DNA of 64,000 nucleotides from Candidatus Nomurabacteria bacterium (GTDB taxonomy: Bacteria; Patescibacteriota; Minisyncoccia; Phycocordibacterales; UBA918). Under the pieces are notes generated by a model. It ran no database searches, had not been told where the DNA came from, and saw only the letters and a program-made list of their open reading frames with translations. A program made the position numbers and the translations under genes. The stretch is taken from NCBI GenBank assembly GCA_020631995.1, contig JACKGJ010000002.1, positions 90,773 to 154,772 on the forward strand, read 5' to 3'. Position 1 is the first letter of the stretch. Each line of letters begins with the position of its first letter. Shown piece by piece: positions 52,998-63,229 of the stretch.

Positions 52998-53532
52998 TAA
53001 AATAAACTTAGAATCTGGAGAGGAGGTGTTGGCAATGTCTCGTCGACATAAATTTTTAATATTTTTGGAATGTTTCAGTTTGTTACTTGTGGCTGTGTTA
53101 CCACCCGTGCTGTACTTTTTTGTCATACAAAGTACTGAGATATTCATTTTTGATATAGATGCATACTTCCCTTTAATGGTTTATCTATACTGTGTCTGGT
53201 TGTTGGGAATTTGGATAGCCCTTTTTGTTGCTTGGACCGACTACTATCTAGATATTCTAGTCATAACGAACCATAGACTGATAATGACTAACCAAAAAGG
53301 CTTCTGGCGTCGTAGTATATCTAGTTTCCGTTTGGAGCGTCTTCAGGAAGTGAATGTTGAAATCGACGGTCTACTCTCCACCTTGCTTGATTTTGGTACT
53401 CTGCGTGCAGAGACAGCCGGGCATAGTGATGAGGATATTCATATGAATAATCTCCCCGACCCCAAAGGCCTTAAGGCGATAATAATGGACGCCGCTTTGA
53501 AGCACGGTGCTGCGATGCGACCGACAACTTAA
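52987..53532 (+). CDS. Membrane protein with bacterial PH (bPH_2/YdbT-like) domain
   Basis: Two TM segments followed by ITNHRLIMTNQKGFWRRSISSFRLERLQEVNVEIDGLLSTLLDFGTL. Confidence 0.6.
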   Translation: MLVDKINLESGEEVLAMSRRHKFLIFLECFSLLLVAVLPPVLYFFVIQSTEIFIFDIDAYFPLMVYLYCVWLLGIWIALFVAWTDYYLDILVITNHRLIMTNQKGFWRRSISSFRLERLQEVNVEIDGLLSTLLDFGTLRAETAGHSDEDIHMNNLPDPKGLKAIIMDAALKHGAAMRPTT

Positions 53533-53579
53533 TACAAAAACAGCCCGCCGAAACGGACTGTGTTGGGTCTGGTCGAAGC

Positions 53580-54071
53580 TCACATCTGATGATACTGCAG
53601 AACGGCTTCCGTGTTGGCTTGCAGCACCCTTCCGCCGACGAGTACACTCAGAAAAATGAGAAAAAATGCATCTTCAACTGAAAACATGAATGCGATGCAA
53701 GTGACATCCATAAGAATGCCGAGGAAGAGAAGAAAAGCGATAGTACGCATCCTACTTTTCTCCAACTCTGTCTGCAGGATAATGGCCGTCGTGTCACGGC
53801 TGATCATTATCAAGCGATAGCCGATGAAGGCAAGGTGAGGAATCATCCACATCATACCTGCCCAAATGAGGACAAATGGCCATCCAAAAAGTGGCGAGTC
53901 TATAATTACTTTGGCTGAATCCCAGTTCAGATAGATGTAGCTGGGCCAAGCGCACTGGAAAGCCGCTGCAACCAAGTACAATGTACCCATCCGGCCAAGG
54001 CTGATAAAGTGGCCGCGAGAGCCACGTTTTTCTATCAGGATTGAAATTGGATTATAGTGCGCTGGCACCAT
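53580..54071 (-). CDS. Hypothetical polytopic membrane protein (one-gene module)
   Basis: 163 aa with four predicted TM segments. No family recognised. Confidence 0.5.
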   Translation of the reverse strand: MVPAHYNPISILIEKRGSRGHFISLGRMGTLYLVAAAFQCAWPSYIYLNWDSAKVIIDSPLFGWPFVLIWAGMMWMIPHLAFIGYRLIMISRDTTAIILQTELEKSRMRTIAFLLFLGILMDVTCIAFMFSVEDAFFLIFLSVLVGGRVLQANTEAVLQYHQM

Positions 54072-54193
54072 CTCTCAGTCTCCTTTAAAGTTAAGAACTT
54101 TCGTTAGAATAAAAACACAGATGACTCTCTGTGTCAAATTCCGTTATTTTTGCATTGTCATTTCACTCCTTTTCCCATACAATCATATGAATT

Positions 54194-55447
54194 ATGGCTG
54201 AAAAACTATCTACTGAACCATATAAGGGTGTGCGTGATTTTTATCCAGAGGATATGGCTGTACAGCGTCATATTTTTGATACCTGGAGTCACACTGCTGA
54301 GTCATTTGGCTTTGAGCGTTATGATGCATCAGTTCTTGAGCCTTCTGAGTTATATAAAAGTAAGGGGGTAGAAAATGAAGAGTTGGTTAACGACCAAACT
54401 TATACTTTTACTGACCGTGGTGACCGCGAGGTTACACTCCGTCCAGAAATGACCCCTACAGTCGCTCGAATGATCGCTGGACGTCATAAGGAGCTACCTT
54501 TTCCAGCGCGTTGGTATTCCATTCCAAATTTGTTTCGTTATGAACGCTCCCAACGTGGACGAGTTCGTGAACACTGGCAACTAAACTGCGATCTTTTTGG
54601 TGCTGAAGATCAATTGGCGGCTGATGTAGAGATGATTGCTTTGGCGTATCAGTCACTCATCAACTTTGGTGCTACTGAAGAAATGTTTTCAATCCGAGTG
54701 AATGACCGGCGTGAAATGAAAGAGTTTTATTACTCCCTTGGCGTCATTGATGAAGAAAGTATTACGCAAGTGACTCGCCTCAATGACCGCTTCCACAAGA
54801 TCGAACGTGCAGAATATATGGAGGAATTGCGTCAGATAGTACCTGGAGCAGCAGAAGCAATCTTAGAATTTGTTGAGAAGAGCGAGCAGACAGAAAATGC
54901 TGTGACTAAGGCCCTGAACGCCATCGGTATTAATAATGTGCAAATTGACCGCTCCCTAGCTCGTGGCTTCGATTACTACACTGGTACTATTTTTGAAATC
55001 TTTGATAATGACCCAAAGAACAATCGTTCAATGCTTGGCGGTGGCCGCTATGACGACCTTACATTCCTCTTTGGTGACGAGCGTATTGGTGGAGTAGGAT
55101 TTGGAATGGGTGACGTTACTATGAGGGACTTTTTGGAAACTCACGATCTGCTCCCAAACCTGAAGGCTAGTGCTTCACTCATCGTAGTACCGACCGACAC
55201 AAAGTTTAATCTTGATGGTGAGAAGGTAGCGATGGCTTTTAGAGCATCTGGGGTTTCCACACTGGTTGATATCTCTAATCGTAAGCTAGGAAAGAAAGTC
55301 ACAAATGCAGCTCATTCTGGAGCCGGGTATCTTCTAGTTGTTGGCGAAGATGAGATTGCTCGTGATGAATTTGTCCTTAAAAATTTGGCTGATGGCACTG
55401 AAATTTCCGGTTCGCTGACCGACCTAGCTAAACAGATTGCTTCTTAA
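54194..55447 (+). CDS. hisS: Histidyl-tRNA synthetase
   Basis: KGVRDFYPEDM, RYERSQRGRVREHWQ (class II motif 2) and GGGRYD motif 3. Confidence 0.9.
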   Translation: MAEKLSTEPYKGVRDFYPEDMAVQRHIFDTWSHTAESFGFERYDASVLEPSELYKSKGVENEELVNDQTYTFTDRGDREVTLRPEMTPTVARMIAGRHKELPFPARWYSIPNLFRYERSQRGRVREHWQLNCDLFGAEDQLAADVEMIALAYQSLINFGATEEMFSIRVNDRREMKEFYYSLGVIDEESITQVTRLNDRFHKIERAEYMEELRQIVPGAAEAILEFVEKSEQTENAVTKALNAIGINNVQIDRSLARGFDYYTGTIFEIFDNDPKNNRSMLGGGRYDDLTFLFGDERIGGVGFGMGDVTMRDFLETHDLLPNLKASASLIVVPTDTKFNLDGEKVAMAFRASGVSTLVDISNRKLGKKVTNAAHSGAGYLLVVGEDEIARDEFVLKNLADGTEISGSLTDLAKQIAS

Positions 55448-55459
55448 CCTTCATTCCTT

Positions 55460-56035
55460 GTGCGATACATTGTATTTGACCTTGAAACTCAAAATATTTT
55501 TTCTGATATAGGTGGAAATGATCCAGCAAATTTGGATATTTCTGTGGCTGGCTTTTATGACAGCGGTACTGATGAGTATTCGGCTTTTTCCATAGACGAC
55601 TTATCTTCGGCCTGGCCAATAATCGAAGGTGCAGATGCATTGGTTGGGTACAACAGCAATCACTTCGATATACCCCTTTTAAATAAATATTATCCAGGCG
55701 ACCTTACATCAATAAAGAGTATTGATATATTAGAGTCAATTCGTGAGTCACTTGGACGTCGTCTACGCCTCGACAGCGTCGCGCAGGCGACTATCGGAGC
55801 CAAGAAGTCCGCTGATGGTCTGCAGGCGGTGAGGTGGTGGCGTGAGGGTAAGGTGGAAGAGGTTAAAAAGTATTGTCTCCAAGATGTGAAGGTGACAAAG
55901 AAGGTTTTTGATTATGCTTTAGAGCACGGCCACGTAAAGTTTAAAGATGGAAGAATGAAGAGGGATATTCCGATTGATACTTCGGGATGGATGACTAAGG
56001 AAAATACTGGAATCACTCATACCTTGCCCTTTTGA
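55460..56035 (+). CDS. RNase H-fold 3'-5' exonuclease-like protein
   Basis: GTG start. IVFDLETQ (ExoI), GYNSNHFDIPLL (ExoII) and YCLQDVKV (ExoIII-like). Confidence 0.6.
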   Translation: MRYIVFDLETQNIFSDIGGNDPANLDISVAGFYDSGTDEYSAFSIDDLSSAWPIIEGADALVGYNSNHFDIPLLNKYYPGDLTSIKSIDILESIRESLGRRLRLDSVAQATIGAKKSADGLQAVRWWREGKVEEVKKYCLQDVKVTKKVFDYALEHGHVKFKDGRMKRDIPIDTSGWMTKENTGITHTLPF

Positions 56036-56095
56036 CAAAGGTGGGATTATGTAGTATATTCCACAAAGCAATCGTACAAACAACGAGGGAATAAA

Positions 56096-56488
56096 ATGGT
56101 GACAATTCTGACTTTACTCGCACTCATCTCGGTGGCTGTAGGCGTTTTCTGCACCAGGGATGAGCACGATTACGGCATTTCGTTGATGGGATGGACTTTG
56201 GTCTTTGGGTTCTCAACAGTGCTCCACATAGGTATCGAGCCATCTGATGCAAGTAGTTTCTATTTTCATCACGAATTCTTCGAAAAGGTCACTATGGCAA
56301 CTGGCGTCATCGCGTTTATCGCTATGTTGGTACTCAGCTTACTGGTTACAGCGAACACCAATCGAGACCGGAAAGAACAGGAGTGTTTGAAAGAGGATTT
56401 AAAGCGTTTAAGAGAAGCACAAAGGGCAACAAAGGACGCTCTAGGAAACCGAAGACCTGTCATTATAGACGTAAAAAGAAATCCCTGA
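56096..56488 (+). CDS. Hypothetical membrane protein (one-gene module)
   Basis: 130 aa with three TM segments plus a basic tail. Hairpin AACGCCGCTC/GAGCGGCGTT follows at about 56509-56535. Confidence 0.5.
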   Translation: MVTILTLLALISVAVGVFCTRDEHDYGISLMGWTLVFGFSTVLHIGIEPSDASSFYFHHEFFEKVTMATGVIAFIAMLVLSLLVTANTNRDRKEQECLKEDLKRLREAQRATKDALGNRRPVIIDVKRNP

Positions 56489-56539
56489 AATGATTTCACC
56501 TCCACAACAACGCCGCTCTCTCCTGAGCGGCGTTTCTTA

Positions 56540-57346
56540 TTACCCAAAATATACAAAGGCCACGACAACCGTAGCTAAAGCGAGACGATACCAAATGAAT
56601 GGCCATAGTGTATGGCGACGGACGAAAGAGAGCATAAAGTGAATTGCAAACAGTCCAGCTAAGAAAGCAATAACTGCCGCTAGAAATAAATCACTCCAAG
56701 GTACGTTACTACCCGACACCATTAAATCTAAAAGTTTTTTGAGGCCACTCCCAAGAATGACTGGTATGGCTAAAAGGAATGAAAAACGGGCTGCTTCACT
56801 ACGGGAGAGTCCAAGTAGCATACCGCCAGCAATCGAAGCGCCACTGCGAGACATTCCTGGAATTAGTGCTAGACATTGGAAGAAGCCTATGAGCAAACCT
56901 TTTCGTAAGGTCATTTTGTCATCCCTGTTTCTGGCAAAGTATTTCCATTCCGCTATCATAAATAGAAGTGAACCGGCAACCAATACTCCAGCCACCAGTA
57001 GTGGACTACGAAATATTGTTTCCATATACGATTCAAGGAGTAGTCCGAAGATGATCGCCGGTATCGTACCTATTAATATCGCGTAGGCCAAAGTAATTTC
57101 CTTCTCATTAACTGGCAGTCTGGACAACTGGCGTAGTACGGCATTTGCCATATCGTAAATATCTCGACGGAAATAGATAATAACCGCCAATACGGTAGCG
57201 AGTTGCAATACAGCATCAAAAGCCAAGTCATTTTCTCCGGTCCCGAAGACTGAGTGTAGGAGGACTAGGTGTCCTGTTGAGGAAACTGGCAAAAACTCTG
57301 TTAGTCCTTGAATTATTCCAAACCAGATGTTGCTTAGGGTATCCAT
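56540..57346 (-). CDS. uppP: Undecaprenyl-diphosphatase
   Basis: GIIQGLTEFLPVSSTGHL and PGMSRSGASI motifs. ATG at 57344-57346. Confidence 0.85.
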   Translation of the reverse strand: MDTLSNIWFGIIQGLTEFLPVSSTGHLVLLHSVFGTGENDLAFDAVLQLATVLAVIIYFRRDIYDMANAVLRQLSRLPVNEKEITLAYAILIGTIPAIIFGLLLESYMETIFRSPLLVAGVLVAGSLLFMIAEWKYFARNRDDKMTLRKGLLIGFFQCLALIPGMSRSGASIAGGMLLGLSRSEAARFSFLLAIPVILGSGLKKLLDLMVSGSNVPWSDLFLAAVIAFLAGLFAIHFMLSFVRRHTLWPFIWYRLALATVVVAFVYFG

Positions 57347-57416
57347 ATAATTTACTAATTCTAACATGATATAATTGGTAAAATCCCTAACAGAATAAGT
57401 AGTTTGAATATTAATT

Positions 57417-58157
57417 ATGAGCGAAACAAATAGAGGAGATAACACCCCATCAGTGCAGCCAAGAGGAACAGGAATGGCAATACCAGCAGCAATTATTGTT
57501 GGTTTTGCCTTGATTGCTATATCTATTTATCTTTCTGGTGGCAAAGAAGTTGCTAACACAAACGTTAATCAGAACGAACAAGTAGAAAATAAAGGTGATA
57601 TTGCTAATATCACTCCGGTAAACGAAAATGACCACATTCGTGGTAATCCAAACGCACCATTGGTGATTGTTGAGTATTCAGACTTCGATTGTCCTTTCTG
57701 TAAGACTTTCCATACTACAATGCAGCAGATAATGGATGAATATGGCCCGACCGGAGAAGTGGCCTGGGTTTATCGTCACTTACCCCTAACTTCCCTTCAC
57801 CCAAGTGCAGCACATATCGCCGAAGCCTCCGAATGTGTGGCCGAGCTTGGTGGTAGTGAAGCTTTCTGGAAGTTTGCTGATATGGTTTTTGGTGAGCGCG
57901 GAGTGAACGATCTAACTAATATTGCTCTCTTGCCGGAGTTTGCTGTTAGCGCTGGTGTATCAGAGACTGACTACAAGGCTTGTATGGATAGTGCTAGGAA
58001 TCGACCATTGATTGAAGAAGATGTTGCTAATGCAATATCCATTGGAGCAAGAGGTACTCCACATTCAATAGTGATAGCTGGAGACCAAATGATGGTCATT
58101 AATGGAGCACAGCCTTATGATCAAGTGAAGCTTTTGGTGGATGGATTATTGCGATAA
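57417..58157 (+). CDS. DsbA-like thioredoxin-fold oxidoreductase
   Basis: N-terminal TM anchor, EYSDFDCPFCKTF (CxxC) and GTPHSIV (cis-Pro loop). Confidence 0.75.
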   Translation: MSETNRGDNTPSVQPRGTGMAIPAAIIVGFALIAISIYLSGGKEVANTNVNQNEQVENKGDIANITPVNENDHIRGNPNAPLVIVEYSDFDCPFCKTFHTTMQQIMDEYGPTGEVAWVYRHLPLTSLHPSAAHIAEASECVAELGGSEAFWKFADMVFGERGVNDLTNIALLPEFAVSAGVSETDYKACMDSARNRPLIEEDVANAISIGARGTPHSIVIAGDQMMVINGAQPYDQVKLLVDGLLR

Positions 58158-58234
58158 GCAACAAATCATTCTCCTAGCAGTGAAAAGACGTCCGCAAGCC
58201 AAAGTTTGCGGGCGTCTTTTATAATAACCTCTCA

Positions 58235-61192
58235 CTAATTCGTCAAGAATTTTGTGCCAGATACAATTTCCTTGGCTACCCGAATCACTTCCAGTTTCAG
58301 GTCCTCTACCTCCTCTTTTTCTACCTTGAAACCATATTCCACAATCTCCCCTGTTTTGTCCTTGGGCTCTACGAAAGAAAGTACAAATTCAACATCTGTG
58401 CTTACCTCTGCTCCATAGAGTTCTATGAGTAGGGCGTAGAATACGAGTTGGCGTTTATAGTTACCATTTGAATTTTTAGTATTGCCTTCAACTTCGTTTC
58501 GACTCTTGGGCTTGCCGGTTTTGTAGTCATATACGCGGATGATTCGTCCATCAGTGTCGTGATCTACCCTATCAATCTTTCCAGTCAGTGGAACTTCTGG
58601 TAAGTCAGCGTCGCTATTTTCGAGCACTGTACGCACTGAAAACTCAGAACGTGGGTTATTACCTAAACTACTCTTAAGGTGTGGTACGTAGGCCGTGAGA
58701 GCCGTCAGGCACTGTTCGTGAATGGTTGGTAGCTCGCGGACACCAAAGGGAAACTTCTCAAGAGCTGTTTTTATCATAGTGTTAAGCTCGGTTGGGTTTG
58801 GCCAAGCTTGGCTTTGGGCAAAAGTTGCGACTATGCGGTCTAGTACTTCGTGTACTGCGTTACCTTTCATTAAGGATAAACTCTGGGGTTGAGGACGACG
58901 CAAGAGGTTTTCGTAGAAATACTTTAGTGGGTCCTCAAGATAATTATTTAGGTGTGTGACTGACAGTCCACGCGCCAAAAACAGCTGTTTAATAATATGA
59001 GGTTCAAGTTTAAAAGGACGATAGTTCGTACTAAGTAGGGATTCGGGTTTGAACCCTTCTTCCTCCTGTTCCGTATCAATAGTTTTAACAATATTCTCGG
59101 GCAATTGATATATGAATCGCGATGGCTCACAAACTTTTCCGGAAGCTGTATTTAGTGAGGAAGAAATAAACAGGTTTTCTTTTGCTCTCGTCATTGCGAC
59201 GTAAAAAAGTCTCTTTTCGTCGTCTTCACTGTCAGCGCCACTTAATCTTTCTGCATACAGAGGCAGTTTAAAATAATCTCTCTGGTCGCTACCTCCGAAA
59301 GCTTTGTCAGTCGCTCGAGGCATAAAGACAGTATGAAACTCTAGACCTTTGGCCTTATGTGCGGTCATTACTTGTACAGCAGTTTGGTCTGCGTCTATGA
59401 ATGGTGCTGTTAGAGGTAGGCTATGAGTACGGCGGTAACGAAGTTGTCTAGAAACCTCGCTTAAAGTGGTGGCCTGCTTTTCTATCACCATTGCCTCCAC
59501 GTCATCATAAAAACGTCTGACTACTCTGGCTGCTTCAATTGGATCTTGCTTTAGTACCTCTTCAAGCAGACCACTTTCTTCAAGCAGTGTGTGCAAAATT
59601 AGGTGTGGAGCAGTAGTGGCTTGAAGACGTCGGGCATTTTCGAGTACTTTCGAGACATTTAGTACTACTTCGGGGTCAGTAACAGAAATATCTTGTAATA
59701 TTTCTTCGCTTTCAATGATTTTATAAAGTGGTCGGGAGTATGACCTATTAGATAAAATAAGTGCTAAGTCGCCACTTTTTATACCCCACCAGCTACCAAG
59801 GAGTGTCTCAAATAAAGGAGTTTCATCCCCTGGAGAGAGTACAGCGAGCATTATGCTTTCTAGAGCTAGTGTTATTGGATGATCCAGAATATCGCTGTCA
59901 GCTGAAGCGTTAGCGTCGATATTAAAGCGTCGCAGGATTCCAGCAAAATGTTCAACATCACGGTTGTAACGCACAATAACAGCTATCTCTTCGAGTGGCA
60001 CTCCAGCATCTATGCTTGCCTTTACTTCCCTTACTAACCACTCACTCTCAACTGCCTCATGAGAGAAGTGCCTACACTCTTGCTTCCCCGGACTTTTAAA
60101 TTTTCTCCCAGCCTTTAGGGGTATGCGAAGTTTAGCGAGGTCAGGGTCTTCACTTTTAACTAACTCGTGTGATGCGTCGAGGATGTTTTGGGTTGAGCGA
60201 TAGTTTTCTTCAAGCGAAATAACTTTAGTGCCAGGAAAACGGTCTTCGAAGTATAAGAAATTGTGTAGCGAGGCACCTTGAAAGCGATAAATCGCCTGCT
60301 TCTCATCCCCCACCACAAAAATATTTGGATTATTGTGGAAGTCAGCTAGAAGCTCCAAGGTTTTATTTTGCGCCTCGTTCACATCTTGATGTTCATCGGC
60401 CAAGATGTATTGATAGGTTTCTTGGAGGTCGCGAAGCATATCCTCGTTATTTTCGAGTGCCTTGACCGTCTCGACAATCATATCGTCAAAGTCATAAAGG
60501 CGACGCTCACGAAGCACTTGTTGGTACAAACGATACACAAGGAGTAGTTCTTTGTGCTTATTTATACGCTTCTCTTCCTTGGCGTAGTCTCCCCTTACCT
60601 TTCCCTTATGTGCTCCCTTCTCATGAAATTTTGGAGAATTCTCTAGTGCAGTCTCGGCTGTGGCAATGAGTTCCGCGAAGCGGTCTGGAGTGATGTACTC
60701 CTTTTTGAGGTCAGTAATGGCACCAGGGATTTTTTTGACGTAGTACAGTGGGTCACCATTTGGACGAAGTTCTTTAAATCCACCATCATTGATGATGTCC
60801 TCGATAATGGAAAACTTTTCAATTTCACTAGCTGGGCGCCCACCGATGATATTTGGATAGCTGTCTGGATATTTACGAATTAACTCTCCAGCAAAACTAT
60901 GGAAGGTGTGCACTGCTACTTTATAGGCAGTGTCGCCTATATAGCGACGCAGGCGCTCACGCATCGCGTGAGCGCCCGCGTCAGTAAAGGTCAGAGCTAG
61001 GATGTTCTCAGGCTTTGTGTCGGTCTGAAGAAGTACATTAGCAATTCGTAGTGCTAATATCTGGGTCTTTCCTGTGCCTGGTCCGGCAATAACCATCACT
61101 GGACCATCAATGGTGTCTACGGCACTTTTTTGCGCTGTATTTAGTGAGGTGTATGCCTCTTTAAAGGCCTTCTGGTCTAACGGAGCTTTCAT
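58235..61192 (-). CDS. UvrD/PcrA-type helicase fused to a C-terminal PD-(D/E)xK (RecB-like) nuclease
   Basis: AGPGTGKT (Walker A), DEHQD, VGDEKQAIYRFQGA, and C-terminal GKIDRVDHD...VYDYKTGK. ATG at 61190-61192. Confidence 0.8.
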   Translation of the reverse strand: MKAPLDQKAFKEAYTSLNTAQKSAVDTIDGPVMVIAGPGTGKTQILALRIANVLLQTDTKPENILALTFTDAGAHAMRERLRRYIGDTAYKVAVHTFHSFAGELIRKYPDSYPNIIGGRPASEIEKFSIIEDIINDGGFKELRPNGDPLYYVKKIPGAITDLKKEYITPDRFAELIATAETALENSPKFHEKGAHKGKVRGDYAKEEKRINKHKELLLVYRLYQQVLRERRLYDFDDMIVETVKALENNEDMLRDLQETYQYILADEHQDVNEAQNKTLELLADFHNNPNIFVVGDEKQAIYRFQGASLHNFLYFEDRFPGTKVISLEENYRSTQNILDASHELVKSEDPDLAKLRIPLKAGRKFKSPGKQECRHFSHEAVESEWLVREVKASIDAGVPLEEIAVIVRYNRDVEHFAGILRRFNIDANASADSDILDHPITLALESIMLAVLSPGDETPLFETLLGSWWGIKSGDLALILSNRSYSRPLYKIIESEEILQDISVTDPEVVLNVSKVLENARRLQATTAPHLILHTLLEESGLLEEVLKQDPIEAARVVRRFYDDVEAMVIEKQATTLSEVSRQLRYRRTHSLPLTAPFIDADQTAVQVMTAHKAKGLEFHTVFMPRATDKAFGGSDQRDYFKLPLYAERLSGADSEDDEKRLFYVAMTRAKENLFISSSLNTASGKVCEPSRFIYQLPENIVKTIDTEQEEEGFKPESLLSTNYRPFKLEPHIIKQLFLARGLSVTHLNNYLEDPLKYFYENLLRRPQPQSLSLMKGNAVHEVLDRIVATFAQSQAWPNPTELNTMIKTALEKFPFGVRELPTIHEQCLTALTAYVPHLKSSLGNNPRSEFSVRTVLENSDADLPEVPLTGKIDRVDHDTDGRIIRVYDYKTGKPKSRNEVEGNTKNSNGNYKRQLVFYALLIELYGAEVSTDVEFVLSFVEPKDKTGEIVEYGFKVEKEEVEDLKLEVIRVAKEIVSGTKFLTN

Positions 61193-61232
61193 AAGGTATG
61201 TGCAGTATAGCAAATACCTGACTATTCTCTAT

Positions 61233-62510
61233 TTAGCCAAGTAATAAGTATTGGATATACCAAACTCCGATACCAGCAATGTACCCGAGAGCTGCGGGAA
61301 TGGCTGCAATTTTTAAGTACTTAGTAAAACTCAGTTCTTTAACCATACCCATAGCCACTACCCCGGCGGCAGAACCAATTACAAGCATTGATCCGCCTGT
61401 TCCGACACAAATAGCTAACAATATCCAGAGATGAGGGTCGGTGGTCTGTAAAATATCAATGGCTGCGGCAGTGAGTGGGATGTTATCAAGGATAGCTGAA
61501 AATGCTCCTAACAATACGCTACCAGCAACAAGACGTGACATTGCTGGATCCTCACCAAAGAGGCTGGCGGAAATGAAATCTAGAACACCCAAGAAACCAA
61601 GAGCTCCCACCGCAAATAGAATTCCGATAAAGAATAGAAGACTAGTTATATCAAGCTTACCTAAAAGCTTTTCTATCTCCATCGACATATGTGAGTCACG
61701 GTGCTTGGCGTTGTTGCTAAACCAACCGATAGTTAGGCCAACTAATCCAACTCCAAGCAAGAGTCCCATAAATGGAGGTAAACCAATAAGGTGAGCCAGT
61801 GGTGGCAGTACGAATGAAGCGAAGGACATACTTATGACTACCTTATCGGAGCGTGAAAGTATGACTTGTTCAGAAGGTGCTGGAGTTTCATCACCACTAT
61901 CCTTTTTAAGCTGTCTAACGAACAACAGCATACTAACTAATAAAATGGCCAATGAGGGAAGGAAAGCCCATAGAATAATATCTAAGGCTGAGAATTTACC
62001 TGCCAACCAGAGCATAATAGTGGTCACGTCACCGACTGGAGAAAATGCTCCTCCAGCATTTGCTGCCACCACAATCATACCGGCCATTACTAGCAGGTTG
62101 TGCCCCTTAAAGAAGCGACGCGCAATCTGCACCATTACAATAGTAGTGGTGAGGTTGTCTAGGATGGCTGATAGGAAAAAGGTTAGTGTGCCAATCAAGA
62201 TGAGTTGTGCTCCATCCTTTAGTCCTAAGCTAAACAGCTTGGCTCGTAAAAGATCAAAAAAGCGATAATGTACTAGAATTTCAACCAGTGTCATTGCCGC
62301 TAAGAGAAATACGACCAAAGAGAAGGTCTCTGCAGAAATAATATGCAAGGCCTCTTCTATAGCGTGACTGTCAGGGCTAGTAAAAGCAATAAGTGCCCAC
62401 AATACTGCTGCGAGTGCAGTGGCAGTGATAGACTTATTAACTTTCCAATAATGCTCTAGCGTAATCAGGACGTATCCGACCACGAAAATAATACTTGCGA
62501 TAAGGGCCAT
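61233..62510 (-). CDS. NhaD/ArsB-superfamily ion transporter
   Basis: 425 aa with about 11 TM segments and two-fold internal symmetry with LDN motifs (SAILDNLTT, SAILDNIPLT). Confidence 0.65.
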   Translation of the reverse strand: MALIASIIFVVGYVLITLEHYWKVNKSITATALAAVLWALIAFTSPDSHAIEEALHIISAETFSLVVFLLAAMTLVEILVHYRFFDLLRAKLFSLGLKDGAQLILIGTLTFFLSAILDNLTTTIVMVQIARRFFKGHNLLVMAGMIVVAANAGGAFSPVGDVTTIMLWLAGKFSALDIILWAFLPSLAILLVSMLLFVRQLKKDSGDETPAPSEQVILSRSDKVVISMSFASFVLPPLAHLIGLPPFMGLLLGVGLVGLTIGWFSNNAKHRDSHMSMEIEKLLGKLDITSLLFFIGILFAVGALGFLGVLDFISASLFGEDPAMSRLVAGSVLLGAFSAILDNIPLTAAAIDILQTTDPHLWILLAICVGTGGSMLVIGSAAGVVAMGMVKELSFTKYLKIAAIPAALGYIAGIGVWYIQYLLLG

Positions 62511-62659
62511 AAAGGGGCATCAAATAAAATGCGTTAATAAGACGCCACATACTACTAGAGCAAGAAACCATGTCAAATACCTTTTAAAGGTAGGTTTCTA
62601 GGAGAGCAGACAAATAAAAACGCCCGCGAACCAATTCGAAAATAACTAATCAAATTGGC

Positions 62660-63109
62660 TTACAGGAGTTCTTGGTGCTCAAGATAAGCGATTCCAGTTT
62701 GTGAGCGTGCCTTAAGGGTTGGCAGTAGACGTCGAGCACTGTTGGCTCTAAGCATCGATTTTGCTTCCTCTGGCGTTACAAATCGGACCTCTAATAGTTG
62801 CGGCGGAAGTTGGATTTTGTTCACCATTTCTTCTGTGAAGACACCACCATCAAAGATAAACATTACATATTCGTCGGATAATCCGCGATAATCGATGCTC
62901 AGTAACCTCGGGTGGGTGGTCAAATCAACACCAAGCTCTGCACGCATTTCACGTATGAATGCATTACTTGGTGCTTCACCGATTTCAACATACCCGCCTG
63001 GAAAGATCCAACCTTCCTTATGAGAAGGTTTAACTATCAAGACACGTCCGTTTTCGTCGGTTATCAGACCTGCAACAACAATTTCTTTACTTGCTTGTTG
63101 ATTGTTCAC
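62660..63109 (-). CDS. Nudix hydrolase
   Basis: Nudix box GGYVEIGEAPSNAFIREMRAELGV. GTG start. Confidence 0.85.
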   Translation of the reverse strand: MNNQQASKEIVVAGLITDENGRVLIVKPSHKEGWIFPGGYVEIGEAPSNAFIREMRAELGVDLTTHPRLLSIDYRGLSDEYVMFIFDGGVFTEEMVNKIQLPPQLLEVRFVTPEEAKSMLRANSARRLLPTLKARSQTGIAYLEHQELL

Positions 63110-63192
63110 GTTGGCGAGTATACCACCAAGTTATTGGGTTGGGAATATGTCTAAAATGGATAGGTGGATACTCTGAATAAGAGAAAAATAGC

Positions 63193-63221
63193 AAAAAGAC
63201 CAGCCAAAGGCCGGTCTTTTT
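63193..63221 (-). terminator. Bidirectional hairpin terminator after rpoD
   Basis: AAGACCAGCC / GGCCGGTCTT stem flanked by an A-run and a T-run. Confidence 0.6.
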
Positions 63222-63229
63222 GTGTTTCG

